A DNA stretch of 32,000 nucleotides. Source: an uncultured Gemmatimonadota bacterium. GTDB lineage: Bacteria > GCA-2686955 > CAYMWF01. Location of the stretch: positions 20,749 through 52,748 of the forward strand of contig CAYMWF010000024.1 of NCBI GenBank assembly GCA_964394085.1, given 5' to 3'. The notes below the pieces were generated by a model. That model had not been told where the DNA came from, did not search any database, and saw only the letters and a program-made list of their open reading frames with translations. The position numbers and the translations under genes were made by a program. How positions within the stretch are numbered: the first letter of the stretch is position 1; each line of letters begins with the position of its first letter. Shown in pieces: positions 9,850 through 17,628 of the stretch.

Positions 9850-9953
9850 AAAGGGACAAAGCTGGCGGGTCGGGAAGAATGTGCCCCCCGGGGCATCGCA
9901 CCCCATTATCGGAGGATTATTCTATAATCGCCGGAATCCATGGATAAAAAAAT

Positions 9954-12524
9954 ATGAAAATCGACAGTAAAAAACGGAAACGCCAATCGAAACAAACCGG
10001 TCTTCTGGAAGAAGACGCGAGACAAAAAGCGCTGAAATCTCGATACAGGCGTGTTGTGAAAGAACTGGAAAGCTTTGAAGAAGGTTTCAACACCTTGTTC
10101 GAAGCCTCGAGCGAGATCTATTTTCTTTATGATCTGAAGGGCAACATCATAAACGGCAACACGGTCGCCATGGAGACCGTAGGTTATGACAAAGAGGAGC
10201 TCATCGGTAAAAATCTTTTTAAAATCGGGCTTCTTGCACCTTCACAACTACCCAAAGCGAGAGCAAACATGGCCCGGAATGTTCGCGGCCAGCCGACGGG
10301 ACCTGAAATTTTCGAGCTGAAAAAGAAGGACGGCGGGAAGCTTCTGCTGGAAATTCATTCGATTCCGCTCAAATTGAGAGGTGAATCGTTCGTCCTGGGA
10401 ATCGGCACGGACGTAACCGCACAAAAGCTGTCGGAAGAAAAGCTGAGGGAATCGGAAGAAAAGCTCAGAATCATTATCGACAATGTAAGTGACGTGATCT
10501 TCCAGCTTTCTCCTGCGGGATATATCCAGTTTTTAAGCCCGAATGTAGAAGATTTGTATGGATACAAAGTAGAAGAGCTCGAGGGACGGCACCTCACCAA
10601 AACTACTCCGGCGGCTGAAATTCCCAAATCGCTCAAAGCGTTGGCTTCAGTCATTTCGGGGAAGAAGATTAAAAATCTCGAAATAAACCAGGTGGATGCC
10701 TACGGGAAGATAATTCCGATGGAGATCAATGCCGCTCCCGTCAGGCGGGACGGCAAAGTTATCGCGGCCCAGGGTGTTATGAGGAATATCACCGAGAGGA
10801 AAGCTGCGGAGGAGCGGGAGGTGAAATATGCCGCCAACCTGGTTCAGTTATCCGAAACAGCCATTCAACTCGTCCAGCTTTCTCCGGATAAGGATGTTTT
10901 TCGTCAAATTGCATTACAGTTGAGACGGTTTGAAGATATTCTGGTCACAATCATCAATGAATATGACGACCAGACCGACACCCTGGTATGCCGTGCATTC
11001 TGCGGACCGGACGAAAAGGTCGGAAAGGTGTCTCAACTTCTGGGAATGGATCCGGTCGGTTCGTCATATCCGATACCTGATGAAGATACGAGAAATAAAT
11101 TGCTGAGCGGCGCTCTGAAAAAGATCCCCGGCGGGATCTACGAAATCGCTTTCGGTGAAATACCGAGGCATACATGTGAGAAGGTTGAAAAGCATCTGGA
11201 TATAGGTGACGTATACGGGATGGGCCTTGTAGACAAGAGCAGGCTTTTCGGAAGCGCCATCGTTTTTCTGAAGAAAGATGCAGCAATCGACACGCGTATC
11301 ATCGCAACGTTCGGTAACCAGGCATCGGTCGTCCTACAGAAAAGCAAGGTGGAAAAGGGCAGGTCTATTCTCGAAGAGCAACTGCGTCAGTCCCAGAAGA
11401 TGGAAGCCATAGGGCAGCTTGCAGGAGGAGTCGCCCACGATTTCAATAACCTTCTGTCAACGATCCTGGGTTATACCGAACTTGCCATGATGAGCACGGA
11501 TGAATCGGAGATAGCCTACCGGAACATGGACAAGGTTCTGAAGTCGACTATGCGCGCCGCTGCGTTGACCCGGCAGCTTCTATTGTTCAGTCGCAGGCAG
11601 CCCATGGAGTTCAGCTCCGTCGACATCAGCAGGACGGTTGAGAATCTCCGTGAAATGCTCAGCCGTCTTCTGGGAGAAGACATTGTCATAAAAACAGAGA
11701 GAGAAGCCAGCTCCTGGATAATTCAGGCCGACGAGGGCAATATAGAACAGATTCTCGTAAATCTTGCCGTTAATGCAAGGGACGCCATGAAAGATGGCGG
11801 AACGCTGACGATTACAACCGAAAACAAGACCCTTGATGAAAAAATGTGCTTATACATACCTGAAGCGCGTCCCGGCCGGTACGTGTGTCTGACGGTCGAG
11901 GATACGGGCCACGGCATGGATGAAAATGTCCGCCAACGGATTTTCGAGCCGTTCTTCAGCACAAAGGGGGTGGGGAAGGGGACCGGGCTCGGTCTTTCTG
12001 TCGCTTACGGTATAGTAAAGGAGCATGACGGCTGGATAAATGTATTCAGTAGACAGAAACAGGGGACTACATTCAGGATTTATCTTCCGGCAGCGCCGGG
12101 AAAAGCGCAAATCACGGCTGAAGAACCGGTTTCTCTCGACGGGCTTCACGGCAACGGCGAACGTATCCTTCTGGTCGAAGATGAGGATACCGTCAGGGAA
12201 TTAGCCGCCGAGATCCTGAGCGAACAAGGATATGAAGTCGTTTGCGCGGCTACGGCCGAGGAAGCGCTGGAATTCTATGATAATCATGAGAGCGGCTTCG
12301 ACCTTATCTTCACCGATGTCGTGCTGCCGGGACGATCCGCGCTTTCACTGATCGAGGAACTCCTGAAACGGGATCCGGATATCAGGGCCCTGTTCAGCAG
12401 CGGTTATACCGACGACAAATCCCGATGGCCGTCGATACGCGAGCGCGGGCACCATTTCATTCAGAAGCCGTACTCGATGTCGGATTTGCTCGAGACGGTG
12501 AAACTGAGTCTTCAGAAAGCATAA
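9954..12524 (+). CDS. PAS-domain hybrid sensor histidine kinase with C-terminal receiver domain
   Basis: 856-aa ORF. PAS-like regions, a possible GAF-like region, H-box [20 protein letters not shown], HATPase ([18 protein letters not shown]), receiver ILLVEDED...DLIFTDVVLPG. Confidence 0.93.
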   Translation: MKIDSKKRKRQSKQTGLLEEDARQKALKSRYRRVVKELESFEEGFNTLFEASSEIYFLYDLKGNIINGNTVAMETVGYDKEELIGKNLFKIGLLAPSQLPKARANMARNVRGQPTGPEIFELKKKDGGKLLLEIHSIPLKLRGESFVLGIGTDVTAQKLSEEKLRESEEKLRIIIDNVSDVIFQLSPAGYIQFLSPNVEDLYGYKVEELEGRHLTKTTPAAEIPKSLKALASVISGKKIKNLEINQVDAYGKIIPMEINAAPVRRDGKVIAAQGVMRNITERKAAEEREVKYAANLVQLSETAIQLVQLSPDKDVFRQIALQLRRFEDILVTIINEYDDQTDTLVCRAFCGPDEKVGKVSQLLGMDPVGSSYPIPDEDTRNKLLSGALKKIPGGIYEIAFGEIPRHTCEKVEKHLDIGDVYGMGLVDKSRLFGSAIVFLKKDAAIDTRIIATFGNQASVVLQKSKVEKGRSILEEQLRQSQKMEAIGQLAGGVAHDFNNLLSTILGYTELAMMSTDESEIAYRNMDKVLKSTMRAAALTRQLLLFSRRQPMEFSSVDISRTVENLREMLSRLLGEDIVIKTEREASSWIIQADEGNIEQILVNLAVNARDAMKDGGTLTITTENKTLDEKMCLYIPEARPGRYVCLTVEDTGHGMDENVRQRIFEPFFSTKGVGKGTGLGLSVAYGIVKEHDGWINVFSRQKQGTTFRIYLPAAPGKAQITAEEPVSLDGLHGNGERILLVEDEDTVRELAAEILSEQGYEVVCAATAEEALEFYDNHESGFDLIFTDVVLPGRSALSLIEELLKRDPDIRALFSSGYTDDKSRWPSIRERGHHFIQKPYSMSDLLETVKLSLQKA

Positions 12525-12538
12525 AGACGGCACGACAC

Positions 12539-12567
12539 TTGTAATTTTCAATTCAGAATATTATACA
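12539..12567 (+). promoter_or_regulatory. Promoter candidate for the 12620 ORF
   Basis: TTGTAA (12539-12544), 17-nt spacer, TATACA (12562-12567), about 50 nt upstream of the ATG. Confidence 0.4.
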
Positions 12568-12619
12568 ACATAATCTAGTTACTGTATCAGGTCTGGATAC
12601 TTCTCTGGAGGAGGATTTT

Positions 12620-13222
12620 ATGTTCGGACGAATATTCAACAATATGAACGCAGGTTTGGTGATTATTATTTTCCTGGTTTTCGCACCCTCATATGCAGAC
12701 GATGTTACCGACTCGATCGACGAAGGAATAAAATACTATAAAGCGGGCGAGTTTTCGGATGCGGTTTTGAGTCTGAACTACGCTGTGCAGCTCATCCAGC
12801 AGAAGAAGGGCGCGAGTATGGAAAGTCTGCTTCCGGAACCTCTGAAGGGATGGAAGGCCGAGGAGGCGACCACCGAGACGGCTGCGGCGTCTATGATGGG
12901 GGGGATGGTCACCGCCGAGCGCCGGTATACGAAGGGTTCCAGTTCCGTTTCGATTCAGATCATCACCGATTCCCCCGTTCTTCAAGGGTTGCTGATGATG
13001 TTCGCCAATCCCATGTTCGCTTCATCCGACGGCGGTAAACTTGAAAGAATCAAAAAGCAGAAAGCCATAGTCAAGTATGATGAAGCGAGTAAAGAAGGTG
13101 AAATTCAAATCGTAGTAGCCAATCGATTCTTTGTTCAAATCGACGGAAACGGCGCAACAAAGGACGATCTGATTAAATTCGCGGAAGCGATCGATTACAA
13201 AAAGATCGAATCACAACCGTAG
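12620..13222 (+). CDS. Exported protein of unknown function, 200 aa, possible TPR-like N-terminus
   Basis: Signal-peptide-like N-terminus (NNMNAGLVIIIFLVFAPSYA), RBS GGAGGA, and IDEGIKYYKAGEFSDAVLSLNYAVQLIQ reading like a TPR unit. Confidence 0.75.
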   Translation: MFGRIFNNMNAGLVIIIFLVFAPSYADDVTDSIDEGIKYYKAGEFSDAVLSLNYAVQLIQQKKGASMESLLPEPLKGWKAEEATTETAAASMMGGMVTAERRYTKGSSSVSIQIITDSPVLQGLLMMFANPMFASSDGGKLERIKKQKAIVKYDEASKEGEIQIVVANRFFVQIDGNGATKDDLIKFAEAIDYKKIESQP

Positions 13223-13325
13223 TTGTTGCGGAGTTTTCCGGCAGTTTCTGGCGGTTTCATCCTTTCCGGGTTCCGGTTCATGCCCGGATCGGCCGGATCG
13301 TTCATGGAAAAGAACGGGGAATTCG

Positions 13326-15203
13326 TTGAGTCGCGGAATATCCCAGGACAAGACAATAATTGCGTGGGAGCGAATCGTTTCCATAATCGAAAGAGCCCTT
13401 GCCGCAGGGGATGAAGCAGCGGATGGTGAAGATGATACCATCCGCGTTCCGCTCGGACGATTCCTTCTCTCCCAGATGTTCCACCGGGTTAAACCCGCCC
13501 TGTCCAAGGGCTGGCTGGAGCGGGATCCGGTGCACCTGGTGATGTTCGGAGCCACCAACAGCGGCAAATCGACCGTATTGAACCTGCTCCTCGGAAAGAT
13601 CTCCGCCCCGACGGATTCGAAGGCCAGATCCACCCAGCATTCCACGGCCTTTCGCAGCTCCTCCATGGGAAATCGCTTCGTCGATGATTTTCCGACGCGC
13701 TTCCCGAATTACCATCGTTATCTCAACGAGTATCCCGAAAAACAGTCCGACGGGGAGTTGAGGACCGGCGGATACAGACCTTGTTTCGTCATCTATGATC
13801 CTGATGAATCTCCGGGCCGATCCCTGGCGGCTCCGGTAGCGGAATCGGCGGTATTCTGGGACACCCCCGACTTCTCTACCGAAGAGGCCCAGATATACAT
13901 GTCTGCGGTGCTCGATACAGCGGCGATGGGCGACATCGTTATTTTGACGGTCACCAGAGAGAACTACGCCGATCACAGGGGCCTCCTGCTGCTCGACATG
14001 ATCCGTAAGACCGGCGTGCCGGTTCTGGTAATTGCAAACAAGCTTGAGGATGACACCAGCCTTCTCGACGATATAAAGGGCAAGCTGTATTCCGGAAAAC
14101 CGGAAAAATCCGGGAGGCGAAAAAAGGAATTTGAAATTTATCCGCTGCCGTACGTAAGGGGTTCGGACGACGATGAGCGGACACGTCTTCTTTCCGAGCA
14201 TGCGGGTGCTTCCGTTCTGAGGGAAGCTTCCGCCGAATATATTGCATCCGGTCCCAGGCTGAAGAAGCGGGTGCTGAAAGGATGTTCGGAGTTCATCGAA
14301 CAGTCTCTGGATGACGTGCTCAAGCCCCTGAGGACGGAGATCGATCTCGAAGAATCCTGGGCTGCGGCCGTTGATAAGATTACCGAAGCGGAATTCTATT
14401 CACGGTACTGGAGCGATTACCTGGGAAGAGAAGACTACGAGCAGTACGGCGATTTCAACCTGGCGGTCATCAAGTGGCTGGATCTGCTCGAGATTCCGGG
14501 TATCGGCAGGTTCGTATCGAGGGCGGCGGGCGTGGCTCGCTTGCCTTTCAGGTGGGTGAAAAAAGGGATCAGGAAAATCCTGACCGATGATGACCAGCCT
14601 GTCAAAACGAAAGAGGAGGAAGTGGTTTATGACTCTTACCAGCGATGGATACGGGCCCTGATCGCCGAAGCCCAGCGAAGGGGAGAAAGGTTCGATAATA
14701 CAGCCCAGGTAAAACTCGAACAGAAACTCGGCAGCGACATATTCAGAAGTGAGCTCGAGGAAAATTTCAGCCGGGCATATGTCAGTCACCGCAAAACCAT
14801 GAAAGTGCTCATCGAACAGGTTGCATACAGCCTGGCGGAATATGTCGAAAAACGTCCTTCGGTAAGAAAAGCGCTTCAAGGCTCCAAATTCCTGCTCGAT
14901 TCCGTCGCAACGATCGGCGTGGTGGCGACGGGCGGTCTCGACTGGACCGACCTGGTCGTTGCTCCGATGGTTGCCCCGGTGGTCCGCCTGGTCCTGGAAT
15001 TGGCCGGCCAGGGCTTCATGGAAATCCAGAAGCGGGCTTTGAAGGAGAATCAGTTCCGGTCGATGCGAAAAGCTTTCAATGATTACATGGTGGAACCCGT
15101 CAAGACAGGGCTGGAGGTCTCGGTCACTCGCGATGAATTCGAATCGGTAACCGGAGATTTCGCCGTTCTGAAAAAAGCCCTTGCTGAAATCAGCCGGGCC
15201 TGA
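13326..15203 (+). CDS. Dynamin-like / TRAFAC-class GTPase (first of adjacent pair)
   Basis: 625-aa ORF (TTG start). P-loop GATNSGKST (13548-13574), G3 DTPD, G4-like NKLE, long helical C-terminus with a hydrophobic stretch (SVATIGVVATGGLDWTDLVVAPMVAPVVRLVLELAG). Confidence 0.8.
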   Translation: MSRGISQDKTIIAWERIVSIIERALAAGDEAADGEDDTIRVPLGRFLLSQMFHRVKPALSKGWLERDPVHLVMFGATNSGKSTVLNLLLGKISAPTDSKARSTQHSTAFRSSSMGNRFVDDFPTRFPNYHRYLNEYPEKQSDGELRTGGYRPCFVIYDPDESPGRSLAAPVAESAVFWDTPDFSTEEAQIYMSAVLDTAAMGDIVILTVTRENYADHRGLLLLDMIRKTGVPVLVIANKLEDDTSLLDDIKGKLYSGKPEKSGRRKKEFEIYPLPYVRGSDDDERTRLLSEHAGASVLREASAEYIASGPRLKKRVLKGCSEFIEQSLDDVLKPLRTEIDLEESWAAAVDKITEAEFYSRYWSDYLGREDYEQYGDFNLAVIKWLDLLEIPGIGRFVSRAAGVARLPFRWVKKGIRKILTDDDQPVKTKEEEVVYDSYQRWIRALIAEAQRRGERFDNTAQVKLEQKLGSDIFRSELEENFSRAYVSHRKTMKVLIEQVAYSLAEYVEKRPSVRKALQGSKFLLDSVATIGVVATGGLDWTDLVVAPMVAPVVRLVLELAGQGFMEIQKRALKENQFRSMRKAFNDYMVEPVKTGLEVSVTRDEFESVTGDFAVLKKALAEISRA

Positions 15204-15219
15204 ACCGGAGTAGGCTCAA

Positions 15220-17067
15220 ATGCGGAACAGTCAGGACAGCCGGATTGAAAACGCTCTCCGAACGCTGGAAACCGGAATCGTCGATCCCAGGGCGCTCAAT
15301 ATTCAACCCGCACAGGAGATGCGGCTTCGACGGGCGATCGAGAGGGTCGGAGCGCAGCTTGCCGGAGCGGGAGAACCGGTGCTTACCGTGGCGCTTGCGG
15401 GATGTACGGGTTCAGGCAAGAGCACATTGATCAATGCCCTTGCCGGCGCCCCCATCGCCGGTGTTTCCGAGCACAGGCCATGCACGACGGGGATCAATGT
15501 CTATCATCACGAAGCCGTTCCCGGGGAAGAGCTCTTCAAAGAGCTGGCGGAAACCGCAGAATTCGTTCCGCATGCCAGGCCCGAGCTCAGGTTCAAAGTT
15601 ATCGTCGATACTCCCGATCTGGATTCCTTTGCGACCGGCAACCGGAAGATTACCCGCGCCCTTCTCAAGACGGCGGGTCTCGTAATCTACATTTTCAGTC
15701 CTGAACGGTACCTTGAAGAACGCGCCTGGTCGGTCATCCGCGAGGAAAAACGTTTCAGCCGCTCACTGGCTGTCCTGAACAAGTCGGATACGGTCTCTCC
15801 TGATGTTCTCGAGAAGATTTCGGGTGATATCCGCGACAGGTTTTTTGAAATGGGACTGCCGGATGTCAGGCTCCTCCGGCTCAGCGCCGCTTCCAATACG
15901 CCGGGGATGATCGACGCTCCGGCGGCCGGGTCGACAAAAGAGCCAATCGACGAATTCGCTTCCCTCAGGGCGTTTCTCGAGTTCGAACTGAGATCGGGAG
16001 AGGTTTTCCAGATGCTTCGGCGGCAGCGGATCAACGTTGTCGAGGTCCTCCGCGAAAAAGTGGCGGAGGTCGTCAGACCCGGTGAAATCAGAACCGCGAT
16101 CGAGCGGTTGAGCGCCGCCGTTGAAGATCACGGGGAAAAAGCCGCTGATGAACTTGCAGGGATATTGAAAAACCGAATATCGGCGATCACTTCACAGCTC
16201 GAACCTTTAATCATTATTCGCAAACACCAGCGGTTCTGGGGGCCGTTCCGTGTTTGGCTCGCTGTTTCGGATTTTCTGTCCTACCGGTTGCCTCAACTGG
16301 TGAGAGGCATCAGGTTCGCGGGAACGCGTGGAGAAGGTTCGATAGTCGAGAAAGCGCTCAGGCTCGATTATTCAGACCGGGTTGATGATCTGTTATCCGC
16401 CGGCGCTCTCGAATTGCAGAATGTCTGCTACGAAGAGAATCTACCCCTGGAACGCTGGCGGACGATTACCGAAAAGGACAGCGGGAGCGCTTTACTGCTG
16501 ACGATTGCAAACGATGTCGAAGCGAAATTCGAAGGAATATCGGAAGACGCGTCGACGGGCGGCGCAGTGGCTGCATGGCTGATCAGTCTGATCGCATTCC
16601 TTTTTCCCGTGGGGCTCGCGGTGTTCGGCACTTATATCCTTGTCGGCGATATTCTGAATGCAAGATTTTCAGGTTTCGGCGTTCTCCAGACATTTATTGT
16701 TCTAACGCTTCTCGGGTATCTCCATCTTCATGTTCTCACCGCGCTTTTTTTCCGCTCCGGCAGGCCGGCTTCATCCAGGCGGATCGGTGAATCAGTCTTG
16801 AGAAAAACGGTCAAGGATATTTTTAAACGATGGCTTGCCTCTTACCGGGCCGACATCGATGCGGATATCAGGAGATTCGAAGAGCCCCTGAAGGTCCTGG
16901 CCGAGCAGGCCGCCGAAATTCCGGCGGTCGGCGATCCCGCACGGAGCGAAACCTCTCATTCCGATCTTTCCGAACCGGTTGAAAAAGCGGCAACCGGGCA
17001 ATCCGGCGAGGTGATTCCGCCGGCGGAAAGCCTGAAGCGGACCGTCGAGCAGATGGAGTCTGAATGA
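15220..17067 (+). CDS. Membrane-associated dynamin-like GTPase (second of adjacent pair)
   Basis: 615-aa ORF. P-loop GCTGSGKST (15400-15426), G3 DTPD, G4 NKSD, two-helix membrane segment AWLISLIAFLFPVGLAVFGTYILVGDIL...LQTFIVLTLLGYLHLHVLTALFF. Confidence 0.83.
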   Translation: MRNSQDSRIENALRTLETGIVDPRALNIQPAQEMRLRRAIERVGAQLAGAGEPVLTVALAGCTGSGKSTLINALAGAPIAGVSEHRPCTTGINVYHHEAVPGEELFKELAETAEFVPHARPELRFKVIVDTPDLDSFATGNRKITRALLKTAGLVIYIFSPERYLEERAWSVIREEKRFSRSLAVLNKSDTVSPDVLEKISGDIRDRFFEMGLPDVRLLRLSAASNTPGMIDAPAAGSTKEPIDEFASLRAFLEFELRSGEVFQMLRRQRINVVEVLREKVAEVVRPGEIRTAIERLSAAVEDHGEKAADELAGILKNRISAITSQLEPLIIIRKHQRFWGPFRVWLAVSDFLSYRLPQLVRGIRFAGTRGEGSIVEKALRLDYSDRVDDLLSAGALELQNVCYEENLPLERWRTITEKDSGSALLLTIANDVEAKFEGISEDASTGGAVAAWLISLIAFLFPVGLAVFGTYILVGDILNARFSGFGVLQTFIVLTLLGYLHLHVLTALFFRSGRPASSRRIGESVLRKTVKDIFKRWLASYRADIDADIRRFEEPLKVLAEQAAEIPAVGDPARSETSHSDLSEPVEKAATGQSGEVIPPAESLKRTVEQMESE

Positions 17068-17423
17068 GCCGTTCTGAATCGAAATTCGAACATCGCCGGT
17101 TGCGGCGCGAGAGAAAGACCGTGGCCGCCATGCAGCGGATCTATTGCCGGGCCAACCACGGGACGGCAAGAGGATTATGCGCCGAATGCGATGAATTGAA
17201 GGCGTACTCCGAAGCCCGTCTTGCGGCGTGCCCGTACGGATGGGAAAAACCTCCCTGCTCGGAATGCACGATCCACTGCTACAAACCGGAGAGAAGGGAA
17301 CAGATCCGTGCGGTTATGCGATACGCAGGCCCTCGAATGTTTTTCCGGCATCCGATCCTGGCTGTCCATCACCTGCTGAATAAACGGAAGACAAATCGCG
17401 TGTCGGATACAGCAAAGGTGTAA
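17064..17423 (+). CDS. ygbA: YgbA-like (nitrous oxide-stimulated promoter) family protein
   Basis: 119-aa ORF with YgbA-like features: R+TVAAMQRIYCRANHG, LCAECDELKAYSEARLAACPYG, KPPCSECTIHCYKPERREQIRAVMRYAGPRMFFRHPILAVHHLL. ATGA overlap with the upstream GTPase gene. Confidence 0.85.
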   Translation: MSRSESKFEHRRLRRERKTVAAMQRIYCRANHGTARGLCAECDELKAYSEARLAACPYGWEKPPCSECTIHCYKPERREQIRAVMRYAGPRMFFRHPILAVHHLLNKRKTNRVSDTAKV

Positions 17424-17468
17424 GGGCACGGGTCAAAATAAATCGGTGATTTATTTTGACCCGTACCC
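17424..17468. repeat. Near-perfect 21-bp-arm palindrome with 3-nt loop directly after the ygbA-like stop codon
   Basis: GGGCACGGGTCAAAATAAATC (17424-17444) - GGT - GATTTATTTTGACCCGTACCC (17448-17468); one mismatch in the arms. Confidence 0.8.
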
Positions 17469-17499
17469 TAAATCGATACACGGCTGCCCCTGTTTTGGC

Positions 17500-17527
17500 T
17501 TGTCTGCTCCGTCAACTCCGGTATAGT
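17500..17527 (+). promoter_or_regulatory. Promoter candidate upstream of the OmpA-family gene
   Basis: TTGTCT (17500-17505), 16-nt spacer, TATAGT (17522-17527). Confidence 0.35.
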
Positions 17528-17628
17528 GACCGAAGAGTGACGGAGCGGTGAGGTTCGGATATCCGGTGAACTTCCGGTGCCTTACGGCTGAAACTCGGGA
17601 GCGATGCGGGTCAACAAGGAGAAGTAGA

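Noticed and set aside
13302-14201. 299-aa minus-strand ORF
   Set aside because: Antisense to the first GTPase, which carries a clear P-loop and G motifs.
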